From positions 2,822-66,821 of the forward strand of contig CAZZCA010000002.1 in NCBI GenBank assembly GCA_964653055.1: DNA of 64,000 nt, in the 5' to 3' direction. The notes beneath the pieces were generated by a model, which was not told the DNA's origin, made no database searches, and worked only from the letters and a program-made list of their open reading frames with translations. This document shows positions 8,687-18,972 of the stretch, piece by piece (position 1 is the stretch's first letter; every line of letters begins with the position of its first letter). The DNA comes from an uncultured Desulfobulbia bacterium (GTDB taxonomy: Bacteria > Desulfobacterota > Desulfobulbia > Desulfobulbales > SURF-16). The position numbers were made by a program, and so were the translations under genes.

Positions 8687-10239
8687 AGGGTGATTGCTTC
8701 GCGGTAGAGCTGCAGGTATTTTCGAACCACCTGGTTCCAGGAATAATTTTCCCTGATATTAAGAACAGCCTTTCTCTGTATCTTAGCAAGAATTTCCGGG
8801 TTACGGCGGAAAATTTTCAGGGCATTTTTGATGGTCTCTTCCAGGGTGGTGTTATTGTGGGCACCGTAGCTGAAACCGGTTTGGCCATGGATTATTTTCA
8901 CCAGGCCTCCCACATGATGGACAATGGGAATATTGCCAAAGAGCTGGGCGATATAATCGGTAAGGCCACAGGGCTCGTACAGGGATGGCAGCAGGAAGAA
9001 ATCACCGGCAGCATAGATCTTGTTGGCAATGTCCCGGTCATATCCCTGGAGAACACAGAGCCGACCCTTGAATTTCTGGCAGAGCGAGGTTAGTTCAGCT
9101 TCAATCTCTCTGCTGCCGGTGCCGAGAATTACCACCTGGAATTTTTTATCTTCTGCCAGCAGCCTGGTCAGGGTTTTGATGAGGTCGGCAAAGCCTTTCT
9201 GGGCTGAAAAACGGCTGATCATGGAAAGCAGGGGCCAGTCCGGCTCCATGGCAAGTGAGCCGTGGACAGTGACCCCGGTCAGCTGGTCAAGGTGGTTAAT
9301 CAGGCTTTTTTTACAGATTTTTTTGCCGGCAAGGTCCATGGTTGCAGGGTTAAAGGGGGCGGCAAGGTTCAGTATTTTATGGTGCCTGGGGTTAAAATCC
9401 CCCGGGTTGATGCCGTTGGTGATACCCCTGATTTGCACCCCTTTTTCCCGAAGAAGATGACCCAGGCCACCGGTTAATTTATCGGCCTGGGTTTCCTGGA
9501 GCTCCCGGGCATAATTTTCGCTGACAGTATTGATGATGGCATAGGGGCCGGCGGCGAGAAAGGGGTTAAAAGAGCCGTGGAGAAGGTGTTGGTCGGTTAC
9601 GGCGGTTGGCAGGCCTGTAATGGCCCGGGCAAAGGGCAGATCGTCAATCTCCTGGTGATAACCAAGGCCGGCATTATGGACGGTGACCACCATCCCGGTA
9701 TTACGGAAAAAATGACGGAAACCTTCAAGTTCCCGGGCCATGGCCGGGATCAGGGCGGTATGGCCGTCGTGACAATGGATAATGGCTGGTGGCTCCCGGA
9801 GAATCATCATCAGGCAGAGTGCCGCCTTCTCCAGCAGAACATTCATGGCAAAATAATCGTAATGACCGTTGCCTTGCTGATGGAGAGGGTTGGCCTCTTC
9901 GTCTGCGGTGGAATAGGTGTAAACCGAGTTTTTTTCACGGTAGCGCCGGGTATCGATCAGGTAAATATGGAGATTTGCCCATTCCTGCTGCCAGACCTGG
10001 ATCTCTTCCCGTCGTTCTTCGCCAACATAGTCCATGTCCACGGTAAATTGCGGGCCCGGGCTAAAGCCCAGGTCTTTCGGGTTCATGAATCCATAGCAGG
10101 GCAGGCAGACCGAGACCTGGCAATGACGGCTTAATGCTTCTGCCAGCTGACGGCAGACGTCTTTGATGCCCCCGGCTCCGGCCAGGCCTTCATATTCCCT
10201 GGTAATCAGCCAGGCATGCTTGAGGGTTTTTTTGCTCAT
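8674..10239 (-). CDS. glgA: Glycogen/starch synthase-like glycosyltransferase (GT5 N-terminal + GT1 C-terminal), divergent
   Basis: N-terminal EYEGLAGAGGIKDV sits in the position of the KTGGL motif. C-terminal LLPSLYEPCGLTDYIAQLFGNIPIVHHVGGL resembles GlgA. Start chosen at the internal Met (MSKKTLKHAWLI); the longest ORF reaches 10284 and would overlap aroC. Confidence 0.8.
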   Translation of the reverse strand: MSKKTLKHAWLITREYEGLAGAGGIKDVCRQLAEALSRHCQVSVCLPCYGFMNPKDLGFSPGPQFTVDMDYVGEERREEIQVWQQEWANLHIYLIDTRRYREKNSVYTYSTADEEANPLHQQGNGHYDYFAMNVLLEKAALCLMMILREPPAIIHCHDGHTALIPAMARELEGFRHFFRNTGMVVTVHNAGLGYHQEIDDLPFARAITGLPTAVTDQHLLHGSFNPFLAAGPYAIINTVSENYARELQETQADKLTGGLGHLLREKGVQIRGITNGINPGDFNPRHHKILNLAAPFNPATMDLAGKKICKKSLINHLDQLTGVTVHGSLAMEPDWPLLSMISRFSAQKGFADLIKTLTRLLAEDKKFQVVILGTGSREIEAELTSLCQKFKGRLCVLQGYDRDIANKIYAAGDFFLLPSLYEPCGLTDYIAQLFGNIPIVHHVGGLVKIIHGQTGFSYGAHNNTTLEETIKNALKIFRRNPEILAKIQRKAVLNIRENYSWNQVVRKYLQLYREAITLCRK

Positions 10240-10244
10240 CAGGA

Positions 10245-11327
10245 TCAGTCGTCGGTCATTTCGGTTTCCGGCAGTAATTGACATGCCCGGTTCCGGAGGA
10301 GGTGGTCGGCCAGGGTCAGGCAGACCATGGCCTCACAAACCGGGATGATCCTGGGAATTGCCGAAATATCATGGCGGCCGCCTATCTTGATCTCCACTGG
10401 TTCATTGTCCATATTTACTGTCTGCTGGCTTTTGCCGATGGAGGGGATTGGTTTCACCGCCACCCGGCTGATAATTGGCTCACCATTGGAGATGCCGGCC
10501 AGGATCCCGCCGGCATGGTTAGAGGTGAAGCCGTCCGGGGTAATGGCATCGTTGTTTTCCGAGCCGGTCATGGAGGCTGCGGCAAAACCGGAACCGATCT
10601 CCACTGCCTTGACTGCCCCGATGGACATCAGGGCTCCGGCCAGATCGCCGTCCAGTTTATTAAAAACCGGCTCACCCAGTCCGGCCGGACAGCCGGCGGC
10701 CAGGATCTCGACAATTCCCCCCAGGGTATTACCTTCGTTCTTAACCTGGCTGATTTTCTCTTCCATGCGTTTGGCCGCCTCAGGGTCAGGGCAGCAGAGG
10801 CGATTATCCCGGATGGCGTTCAGGTCCAGGTTCTCAATAAAAATCCCCCCCAACGACAGGGTATAGGCCAGAACCTCGATATCGTGACTGGCCAGGATCT
10901 TCCGGGCCACGGCACCGGCTGCTACCCGGGCTGCGGTTTCCCGGGCCGAGGCCCGGCCTCCGCCGCGGTGGTCCCGGATCCCGTATTTGCAGAGATAGCT
11001 GAAATCCCCATGGCCGGGGCGGAAGATATCCTTTAAGTGGTTATATGACTTACTGTGGGCGTCTTTATTGAAGATCACAAGAGAAATGGGGGTCCCGGTG
11101 GTCATTCCTTCAAAAACACCGGAGAGGATCTCCACCTTGTCCGGTTCTTTGCGGGGAGTGGACGGGCCGCCGCCGCCCGGTTTACGGCGGTCAAGGTCCT
11201 GCTGGATATCTGCCGGGGCCAGGGGAATGCCTGCCGGGCAGCCGTCGATGGTGGCGCCGATGGCGGTTCCGTGTGATTCACCCCAGGTGGTTATGCGAAA
11301 AATCTGGCCAAAAGTATTTCCTGCCAT
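10245..11327 (-). CDS. aroC: Chorismate synthase
   Basis: 360 aa with MAGNTFGQIFRITTWGESHG, GRSSARETA-like motif (GGGRASARETAARVAAG), and GGRHD. Confidence 0.97.
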   Translation of the reverse strand: MAGNTFGQIFRITTWGESHGTAIGATIDGCPAGIPLAPADIQQDLDRRKPGGGGPSTPRKEPDKVEILSGVFEGMTTGTPISLVIFNKDAHSKSYNHLKDIFRPGHGDFSYLCKYGIRDHRGGGRASARETAARVAAGAVARKILASHDIEVLAYTLSLGGIFIENLDLNAIRDNRLCCPDPEAAKRMEEKISQVKNEGNTLGGIVEILAAGCPAGLGEPVFNKLDGDLAGALMSIGAVKAVEIGSGFAAASMTGSENNDAITPDGFTSNHAGGILAGISNGEPIISRVAVKPIPSIGKSQQTVNMDNEPVEIKIGGRHDISAIPRIIPVCEAMVCLTLADHLLRNRACQLLPETEMTDD

Positions 11328-11340
11328 TGTTCTACCTTTT

Positions 11341-11868
11341 TTATTGTAGTTGGTTTTGCCATGACCTGGTGATCTGGCTGACGATATCTTTTAAGTCTAT
11401 ATCGGTGTTTATCTGCAGGTCAGAGCCGGCCTCATAAAGAGGGGTTCTTTCTTTGAGAACTGTATTTACTTCCTGTAAAATATCATTACCGGTGAGTGAT
11501 GGACGCTGGCCGGCGGTTGCCAGGTCTTCTGCCAGTCGCTGGCAGATAACCTCGGTGCTGGCGGTGAGCCAGATGGTCAGGGCTGTCTGGCGGAGACCTG
11601 CCCAGGCATTTTCGTGGAGAATGGCGCCACCACCGGTGGCAATAACAATTTCTTGCGCCTGGCATAGTTCTGTTAGCAGGTTCTTTTCCTGCTTTCTGAA
11701 AAAATCCCAGCCCTGTTGTCCTACCATCTCACTGATGGAGCAATTATTGCGCTTTTCAATCTCCAGATCAGTATCAAGGAAACTGAAATTAAGCCTTTCT
11801 GCCAATAATCTGCCCACAGAAGTTTTTCCGGTGGCCCGGTAGCCGGTGAGAATAATTTTATTTTTCAT
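11341..11868 (-). CDS. aroK: Shikimate kinase
   Basis: Walker A GYRATGKTSVGRLLA; ATGGG motif. Start placed at MKNKIILTG; the longest ORF starts at 11907. Confidence 0.9.
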   Translation of the reverse strand: MKNKIILTGYRATGKTSVGRLLAERLNFSFLDTDLEIEKRNNCSISEMVGQQGWDFFRKQEKNLLTELCQAQEIVIATGGGAILHENAWAGLRQTALTIWLTASTEVICQRLAEDLATAGQRPSLTGNDILQEVNTVLKERTPLYEAGSDLQINTDIDLKDIVSQITRSWQNQLQ

Positions 11869-12046
11869 TATCCCATGATAAACGAAGTTGTTTTTTTTTG
11901 TCATCATTATATTTACCCTTTACCACCTGTATCTTTAGGGCTAATTTGTAGGCAGTTTTAATGCCTATTGGCTTACAAGCAGTTAATGGGCAATGATGTG
12001 ATAATTAACAGCCATCCTTGATGGTTTTCAGATTTGGGAGAATAAA

Positions 12047-12742
12047 ATGACAGAAAAAAAGATGGTAATTGCCCTGGCCACCCGTAATCAGGGTAAGGTT
12101 AGAGAGTTTGCCAAGCTTCTTGAGGGCTATCCTGTAGACCTGCGCAGCCTTGCCGATTTCGGCCCGGTGCCTGAGGTGGTGGAGGATGGAGAGACCTTTG
12201 ACGATAATGCCTATAAAAAGGCATCTTTTGTTGCCCGGGTGCTGGGGGTGCCGGCCATTGCCGATGATTCCGGTCTGGTGGTGGAGGCCCTGGGCGGGGA
12301 CCCTGGAGTTCATTCCGCCCGATATGCCGGTGAAAAGGCCACTGATAGAGATAATATAGATAAGCTTCTTCAGGAGATGGCAGACAAAACAGATCGTCGT
12401 GCTGCCTTTGAATGTGTAATTTCCATTGCGGTTCCAGCCGGCACCGCTCTTACCTATGAGGGGCGCTGTGAGGGTGAGATCACCCGGGAGATCCATGGTG
12501 ATGGTGGTTTTGGCTACGACCCGGTATTTCGCTGCCAGGGCTTTGACAAGACCTTTGCAGAAATCGAGATGGAGGACAAGAATCGAGTCAGCCACCGGGG
12601 GCGGGCCCTGGCCGAGGTGGTGGCCGAGTTTGACAAGGTGATGGTCTGGTTGAATCAGCGAATCACCGAGATGAAACCTCCCAAGCCGGATCACAGCCAA
12701 TTTGAACATAATGACTGGTCAGAACCGGATATGGTTAAATAA
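12047..12742 (+). CDS. rdgB: Non-canonical purine NTP pyrophosphatase (XTP/dITP diphosphatase, RdgB/HAM1 family) with ~30-aa C-terminal extension
   Basis: 231 aa with ATRNQGKVREF, DDSGLVVEALGGDPGVHSARY, GFGYDPVF, and SHRGRAL. Confidence 0.93.
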   Translation: MTEKKMVIALATRNQGKVREFAKLLEGYPVDLRSLADFGPVPEVVEDGETFDDNAYKKASFVARVLGVPAIADDSGLVVEALGGDPGVHSARYAGEKATDRDNIDKLLQEMADKTDRRAAFECVISIAVPAGTALTYEGRCEGEITREIHGDGGFGYDPVFRCQGFDKTFAEIEMEDKNRVSHRGRALAEVVAEFDKVMVWLNQRITEMKPPKPDHSQFEHNDWSEPDMVK

Positions 12743-12750
12743 TTTGATTT

Positions 12751-13095
12751 CTAATCAATGAAGCCGATCTGGTCGATGAGCTGGAGGATTATTTTTCTTT
12801 CTTTCAGATCAAGGCTGTCGATTTCAAAGCCGGTATCGTAGAAATCAGGATTTACCTCGTTACTGGACCAGAGGCTGGTCCCGCTAAAGATAAGCTGACG
12901 GGCCGGAATTAAATCGGCGGGCAGCAGCATTTTCAGCTGATAGGTTCGACCAGCCGGAATCTGTTTTCGGCTGACCAGTTTAAATCCCCGGGTGGTGATG
13001 TCAACCAGTCGCCCCAGGGGGATGTCCTGGTCAAGATCATATACCTCCAGGTAATAAAAGAGATGTCGCCGTTTGATAACCCTCTTCTTTTCCAT
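12751..13095 (-). CDS. PilZ domain protein (putative c-di-GMP receptor)
   Basis: 114 aa with an RxxxR-like RVIKRR near the N-terminus and DITTRG (a DxSxxG variant). Confidence 0.65.
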   Translation of the reverse strand: MEKKRVIKRRHLFYYLEVYDLDQDIPLGRLVDITTRGFKLVSRKQIPAGRTYQLKMLLPADLIPARQLIFSGTSLWSSNEVNPDFYDTGFEIDSLDLKERKIILQLIDQIGFID

Positions 13096-13212
13096 TGCCC
13101 CTTCTCCTTAACTGTAAATTGCCGAGTATTTTTCTGATATTTTTGGCATTTTTGACGGATTTGGCAAGAAAACTTTGTAAAGAGAAGGCAATATCCTGAA
13201 CTCAATGGCGAA

Positions 13213-13875
13213 TTATGGGACCATGCGCTTTAGAATTACCAGGGCTACTTCCTCGATGGACAGGGCTGATGAGTCGATGATAACGGCATCGGCTGCGGCC
13301 TTGAGGGGGGCCAGGCTGCGGGAGCTGTCGTTCTGGTCGCGCTGGATAATCTGGGCAAGGATTTCATCCAGATCTGCGTTCTGGCCCTGTTCGAGAAGCT
13401 GGCTGTAACGACGGCGGGCCCGTTCCTCTGGTGATGCGTCCAGGTAAAATTTATAGCGGGCCTCGGGGAAAACCACAGTGCCGGTATCCCGACCTTCGGC
13501 CACCACCTTGCCTTTGCGTCCCATCTCCTGCTGGAGGATGGTTAGTTTTTCCCGGACAATGGGCCGGGCAGAAACCGCAGAGGCCGCCATTCCCATATCC
13601 GCAGTTCGGATTGCCTGGCTGATGTCTTCGTTGTCCATGATCACCCGGGTATCACCGTTGCCGGCGGTGAGCTCCAGGTTCATGTCTTCGAGAATTTCCG
13701 CCAGACCCTGATCATCGGTGAACGAGACCCCCTTTTGTCTGGCCTTATAGCCAACGGCCCGGTACATGGCACCGGTATCAAGGTAGGTAAAGCCCAGGCG
13801 CCGGGCAATAAGGCGGCTTAAGGTGCTTTTGCCGCTGCCGGAAGGTCCGTCAATGGTGATTATTTCCATTTTCAT
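13213..13875 (-). CDS. cmk: Cytidylate kinase
   Basis: 220 aa with ITIDGPSGSGKSTLSRLIARRLGFTYLDTGAMYRA. Confidence 0.96.
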   Translation of the reverse strand: MKMEIITIDGPSGSGKSTLSRLIARRLGFTYLDTGAMYRAVGYKARQKGVSFTDDQGLAEILEDMNLELTAGNGDTRVIMDNEDISQAIRTADMGMAASAVSARPIVREKLTILQQEMGRKGKVVAEGRDTGTVVFPEARYKFYLDASPEERARRRYSQLLEQGQNADLDEILAQIIQRDQNDSSRSLAPLKAAADAVIIDSSALSIEEVALVILKRMVP

Positions 13876-14975
13876 CTGATTTCATCAAGGCTTGCGGCCA
13901 GGGCCTTGACCAGCCGCTGATTTTCTGCCGGGGTGCCCACGGTGATCCGGATATAGGACGGATAACCATAGGCGCCCATGGGTCGGATAATGACCCCTTT
14001 TAAGAGCATCTGTTCATAAAGTTTTTTGCAGTCAGCCTTGACATCAACCAGAAAGAAATTGGTCTGGGTGGTAAAACAGGAGCAATCAAGCTGGTTGATC
14101 TCTTCTTGGAGCCAGGTGATGCCGTCTCTGGTCATGGCCATGGTCTTCTGATAATGGTCTTCATCCTGGAGGGCCGCCAGGGCTCCGGCCTGGGCCGGTT
14201 CGTTGACATTGAAGGGCTGTCTGACCCGGTGCAGGTAGCTGCTGATCTCCTGGCGCATAATACCGAAACCCACCCTGAGTCCGGCCAGGCCGTATGCCTT
14301 GGAGAAGGTTCGCAGGCCAACCACCGCTGTTGAGCCGTGGAGATAGTTGCGGACATCTATCTTCAGCCCGTCATCGACAAAATCAACATAGGCTTCATCC
14401 AGCACCACAATAACTGTTTCCGGAATCTGGCCGAGAAAGGCGCGGAACTCAGCATCGGTGAAGACGGTGCCGGTGGGGTTATTGGGGTTATCAAGGAAGA
14501 TCAGCCTGGTTTTATCAGTGACCCGGCTGGCTATTTCGTTTAAGTCGTGTCCCATGTCTTTTAAGGGAATGACAATATTTACCCCGTCTCTGGCTTGGAC
14601 CATGGTCTGGTAAACGAGAAAAGAGGGATGGCTGGTTATTACCTCGTCTCCCGAGGTGATAAAGGCACCCACCAATAGCTCGATTACCTCGTTTGAGCCG
14701 TTACCAAAGACCAGTTCCTCCGGCTGGACCTGGAGGTGCTGGGCCAGGGCCTGGCTCAGATAATAACAGGAACCGTCCGGATAACGGTGGAGGTTGGCAA
14801 GGGATTCCTTGATGGCGTTCAGGGCCCTGGGGGATGGCCCCAGGGAGTTTTCATTGGATGCCATCTTGATGGAATCGCTGATTCCGTATTCCCGTTCAAG
14901 CTCCTTTAAGGGCTTGCCAGGGGGGTATGGGATCAGGGTCTCTATATTTTTATTGACGGAAAGTTTCATGGTCAA
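13872..14975 (-). CDS. hisC: Histidinol-phosphate aminotransferase
   Basis: 367 aa, class II aminotransferase pattern: [31 protein letters not shown]. 4-nt overlaps with both gatA and cmk. Confidence 0.93.
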   Translation of the reverse strand: MTMKLSVNKNIETLIPYPPGKPLKELEREYGISDSIKMASNENSLGPSPRALNAIKESLANLHRYPDGSCYYLSQALAQHLQVQPEELVFGNGSNEVIELLVGAFITSGDEVITSHPSFLVYQTMVQARDGVNIVIPLKDMGHDLNEIASRVTDKTRLIFLDNPNNPTGTVFTDAEFRAFLGQIPETVIVVLDEAYVDFVDDGLKIDVRNYLHGSTAVVGLRTFSKAYGLAGLRVGFGIMRQEISSYLHRVRQPFNVNEPAQAGALAALQDEDHYQKTMAMTRDGITWLQEEINQLDCSCFTTQTNFFLVDVKADCKKLYEQMLLKGVIIRPMGAYGYPSYIRITVGTPAENQRLVKALAASLDEIR

Positions 14976-16417
14976 GGCAGGTTGGGTTGTTTATCGGTGA
15001 TGCCTAATTGCCGTTCCAGGTTATAGGCGGTTTTCAAAAGCACTTCCTCGTTGAAATGGTCAGCCTGGAGCTGGAGGCCGATGGGCAGGCCCTGGCTGCT
15101 GAAACCGCAGGGGATACTCATGGCCGGGATCCCGGCCAGGTTGGCGGGGATGGTTAAAATGTCGGAAAGATAGACACTTAGCGGGTCATTGGCCTTCTCG
15201 CCGATCTTCCAGGCCGGGGTGGGTGCCACCGGGGAAACCAGGACGTCACAATTATGAAAGGCGTTTTTATAATCTTCGATGATCAGGGTTCGGACCTGGG
15301 AGGCCTTTTTGTAATAGGCATCGTAATAACCAGACGACAGGGCAAAGGTGCCGATGAGGATCCGGCGCTTGACTTCATCGCCAAAGCCCTGGGATCGGCT
15401 TTCCTGATATAGTTCAAGAAGGGAATCAGGGTCCGGGCTCCGGTAGCTGTAGCGGACACCGTCGTAACGGGCCAGGTTGGAGCTTGCTTCCGCCGGGGCA
15501 ATAACATAATAGGCGGCAACCCCGTAGTCGGTATGGGGCAGGGATACCTCTTGGATTTCAGCCCCGCCTTCTTTTAGGAGAGCAACGGCCTGGTTCACTG
15601 CCTGTTCCACCTCCGGGTCAAGACCGGCACCGAAATACTCTTTGGGGATACCCACCCGCAGACCCTGGATAGAGCTTTTCAAGCCTGCCCGGTAATCCGG
15701 AACGTCATGTTTGATGGAGGTTGAATCCCTGCTGTCGTAACCGGCGATGCCATTAAGCATAATGGCGCAGTCGGTGACATTGGTGGTGAGGGGGCCAACC
15801 TGGTCCAGAGATGAGGCGTAGGCGATGAGACCGAAGCGGGAGACCCGGCCGTAGGTGGGTTTAAGCCCCACCACTCCACAATGGGAGGCTGGCTGGCGAA
15901 TGGAGCCGCCGGTATCCGAACCCAGGGATGCCAGGCATTGACCTGCCGCCACCGACGCTGCCGAACCGCCGCTGGAACCACCACAGACATGGTTCTGGTT
16001 CCAGGGGTTTTTCGGAATGCCGTAGGGGCAGTTCTCATTGGCGGAGCCCATGGCGAATTCGTCCATGGTTACTTTACCCACCAGGACAGCGCCCTGTTCC
16101 TTGAGCCGGCTGATCACGGTGGCGTCATAGGGTGGGGTGAAATTTTCCAGGATTTTAGAGCCGGCTGTGGTTCGAAGCCCCTCGGTGCAGAGAACATCCT
16201 TAATCGATATTGGGATCCCGCAGAGATCCGCACCTTCTTCCCGGGCCAGGGCCTGGTCTGCTGCTTCGGCCTGGGCCAGGGCTTCATCGCGGTTAAGGGT
16301 GATATAGGCCCCGACACTGTCTGTTGCCGCGATCCGGTCAAAGACGGCGGTGGTTGCCTCCACCGCTGATATCTCTTTGTTGCGGAGGGATTTTTGTAAT
16401 TGGTTGATGGTGGTCAT
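14972..16417 (-). CDS. gatA: Asp/Glu-tRNA amidotransferase subunit A
   Basis: 481 aa with the amidase signature [14 protein letters not shown] and [13 protein letters not shown]. Confidence 0.97.
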   Translation of the reverse strand: MTTINQLQKSLRNKEISAVEATTAVFDRIAATDSVGAYITLNRDEALAQAEAADQALAREEGADLCGIPISIKDVLCTEGLRTTAGSKILENFTPPYDATVISRLKEQGAVLVGKVTMDEFAMGSANENCPYGIPKNPWNQNHVCGGSSGGSAASVAAGQCLASLGSDTGGSIRQPASHCGVVGLKPTYGRVSRFGLIAYASSLDQVGPLTTNVTDCAIMLNGIAGYDSRDSTSIKHDVPDYRAGLKSSIQGLRVGIPKEYFGAGLDPEVEQAVNQAVALLKEGGAEIQEVSLPHTDYGVAAYYVIAPAEASSNLARYDGVRYSYRSPDPDSLLELYQESRSQGFGDEVKRRILIGTFALSSGYYDAYYKKASQVRTLIIEDYKNAFHNCDVLVSPVAPTPAWKIGEKANDPLSVYLSDILTIPANLAGIPAMSIPCGFSSQGLPIGLQLQADHFNEEVLLKTAYNLERQLGITDKQPNLP

Positions 16418-16445
16418 ATTATTTCCGTAAAAACTTTAATTAAAC

Positions 16446-16730
16446 TTAGATTACCCGGGGAACGACAAAGGCCTCATCGTTGTGCTTGGCCGAATTGGCC
16501 AGGGCTTTTTCCCGGGGTAGTGATTCCTGAAGCTGGTCGGGGCGGAAGGCGTTTACCGAGTCAATGGCATGGCTGGTTGCCTTGATGCCGGTGGTGTCAA
16601 CCTCGTTTAATTTTTCTACATAGGCAAGGATCTGATCCAGCTGTTTCGCCATGGAAGATATCTCGTCGTCCTTGAGATTGAGCCTGGCCAGTCTGGCTAC
16701 ATTTTTTATTTCATCTTCGTTGATACGCAT
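16446..16730 (-). CDS. gatC: Asp/Glu-tRNA amidotransferase subunit C
   Basis: 94 aa (MRINEDEIKNVARLARLNL...), located directly upstream of gatA. Confidence 0.93.
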   Translation of the reverse strand: MRINEDEIKNVARLARLNLKDDEISSMAKQLDQILAYVEKLNEVDTTGIKATSHAIDSVNAFRPDQLQESLPREKALANSAKHNDEAFVVPRVI

Positions 16731-16803
16731 CGCAATAGTCCTGTGGGTATTTTCTTGCCGCTTATTATTGGAAATAGCGGCTTAATTGGTGGCTCAGGCC
16801 CTG

Positions 16804-17841
16804 TTATGGTCGAAGTACTTTGATAAAGGCGTCAACCACCGTGGGGTCGAACTGGATATTTTTCTGGCTGATCATCTCGTCAATGGCCTCATCATGGCTC
16901 ATATTGACCTTGTAGCTGCGCTTGGAGGTCATGGCGTCATAACTGTCGGCTACAGCGACAATTTTGGCCAGGATGTCAATTTCATCTCCGTGGAGACCGT
17001 CAGGATAGCCATTGCCGTCCAGCCGCTCGTGATGATGGCGGACAATAGTACCCTCTCTGCCGAGAAAGCTCAACGGCCGGATAATATTTTCTCCCACTGC
17101 CGGATGTTTCTTGACCAGATCCCATTCATCCCCTGAAAGGGGCCCCGGTTTCTGGATGCAGCTGACATCAATGATCAGTTTGCCGATATCATGGAGCTGG
17201 CAGGCCCGGGTGACAATTCCCAGCTCAAGCTGGGAGAGTTGCATGGCCTTGCAGATCTGGCGGGAATAGTCGGTCACCCGTCGGGTATGGCCGGCGGTGT
17301 ATGGGTCTTTTTCTTCCAGGGCGGTATTTAAGGTGATGATGGTGTTGACAGTGGAGACCTCCAGGTGGTGACTGTATTTCTCCAAGAGAATGTTTTTTTC
17401 CGCCAGCTCCCTGGTTTTATTTTTAACTTCCTGCTCAAGGTTCTCGGTGTATGATTTTTCCTTGCGGAGAAACATTTTTTTCTCCACTGCCCGGCGGATT
17501 TTCACCTCAAACAGGTCAATGTCGGTGATGGGCTTGGCAATGAAATCGTAGGCTCCCAGGTTGATGGCCTTGATGGCATACTCCATGGAACCGGCCCCGG
17601 TGAGAAAAAGGACCGGAATATCAAACCCCTGGTTATTGATCTCCTGCATGGTTTCAAAGCCGTCTATCCCCGGCATATTGATATCAAGGATGATGGTGTC
17701 GAAATCGTCGTTGATGACGGCAAGGGCCTCCTGGCCGCTGGCCACCCCGGTGATATCGTAGCCGAATAGTTCAAGAATCTTGGCCACGGCATCCCGTACC
17801 AGGTTGTCATCATCAGCAAGAAGAATTTTAGAGTTAGCCAT
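16804..17841 (-). CDS. Response regulator with HD-GYP phosphodiesterase output domain (RpfG family)
   Basis: N-terminal REC domain (ILLADDD...DTIILDINMPGIDGF). C-terminal HD-GYP domain (LHDIGK, HHERLDGNGYPDGL). Confidence 0.92.
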   Translation of the reverse strand: MANSKILLADDDNLVRDAVAKILELFGYDITGVASGQEALAVINDDFDTIILDINMPGIDGFETMQEINNQGFDIPVLFLTGAGSMEYAIKAINLGAYDFIAKPITDIDLFEVKIRRAVEKKMFLRKEKSYTENLEQEVKNKTRELAEKNILLEKYSHHLEVSTVNTIITLNTALEEKDPYTAGHTRRVTDYSRQICKAMQLSQLELGIVTRACQLHDIGKLIIDVSCIQKPGPLSGDEWDLVKKHPAVGENIIRPLSFLGREGTIVRHHHERLDGNGYPDGLHGDEIDILAKIVAVADSYDAMTSKRSYKVNMSHDEAIDEMISQKNIQFDPTVVDAFIKVLRP

Positions 17842-17931
17842 TATTTATTTTTTTGTAAAAACAATACCTTCCGTGAAAAGGATTTTTTTTGTCGGGTTGA
17901 TTAATCTTGGGACTCGGGTAAAAAAATTAAT

Positions 17932-18972
17932 TTACAGAGTCCAGTAATTTTTTGCAATTCTTTGTGCCTCATCCAGGGCCGGCAGCGGATTGTTGTTGTT
18001 GGTAAAGGCGGCCAGGTCATCTTTGCTGAGAATGGAAGAGCCGCAAAGTTCATTGATCACCGCCATTGCTCCGTCGGCAAGACCGGTGAGATCATAGCCC
18101 CCCTCCAGGGTTATGACCAGTCGTCCCTGGCATACCTCCGCTGCCACCTCCATGAGGGCCCTGGTCATATAGGCAAAACCCTTTTCCGTGACATTCATCC
18201 CGCCTAAAGGGTCAGCATAATAGGTGTCGAAGCCGGCAGAGACCAGGATCAGCTCCGGCTGGAATTGGCGGGTTATGGGGACGAGTAATTCGTTAAAGAT
18301 CCGGGCAAAGGCGTGGTCGCCCTGGCCACCGCTCAGAGGGACATTTACGGTATAGCCCTCTCCCTTGCCGCTGCCCACCTCACCTGCCCCGCCGCTTCCA
18401 GGATAATAGGGGTATTGGTGGCTGGAAAAATAAAGAACCTGCCTGCTGTCGTAGAAGGAATGCTGGCTGCCGTTTCCGTGATGCAGGTCCCAGTCAACAA
18501 TGAGAATTTTCTGTAATTTGAGCTCGTCCAGGGCATAGCGGGCTGCCACGGCTACATTGTTAAAAAGACAAAACCCCATGGCCCGTTCTTCTTCGGCATG
18601 GTGTCCCGGTGGGCGGACCAGGGCAAAGCCGTTGTCAGCCTCACCTGTCGTTACCATCCGGCAGCCTTCGATAACTGCGCCGGCAGCAAGGCAGGCTGCT
18701 TCAAATGACTGGGGGGAGGTGGCGGTATCCGGGTCCAGGGCATTAAAGGTCTGGCCGGCTGTTGCTGCTATCTGTTTATAAAGCCGGGAGGTGTGGTTGC
18801 GGGTCAGCTGGCGGTAGTCTGCTGCCGGCCAGGAGGCTGGCATTATGGTATTGGCCGGTTGCTCCTGGTCAAGGCGTTGATAGATTGCCCGGAGGCGGTC
18901 GGCTGATTCCACATGGTTAAAACCGGGGTCATGTTCCAGAAATAGATCGTTGCGAAAGATGGCGGTGGTCAT
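17932..18972 (-). CDS. Histone deacetylase-family (class II HDAC-like/acetylpolyamine-type) amidohydrolase
   Basis: 346 aa with RPPGHHA, FCLFNNVAVAA, DWDLHHGNG, and EGGY. Confidence 0.9.
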   Translation of the reverse strand: MTTAIFRNDLFLEHDPGFNHVESADRLRAIYQRLDQEQPANTIMPASWPAADYRQLTRNHTSRLYKQIAATAGQTFNALDPDTATSPQSFEAACLAAGAVIEGCRMVTTGEADNGFALVRPPGHHAEEERAMGFCLFNNVAVAARYALDELKLQKILIVDWDLHHGNGSQHSFYDSRQVLYFSSHQYPYYPGSGGAGEVGSGKGEGYTVNVPLSGGQGDHAFARIFNELLVPITRQFQPELILVSAGFDTYYADPLGGMNVTEKGFAYMTRALMEVAAEVCQGRLVITLEGGYDLTGLADGAMAVINELCGSSILSKDDLAAFTNNNNPLPALDEAQRIAKNYWTL

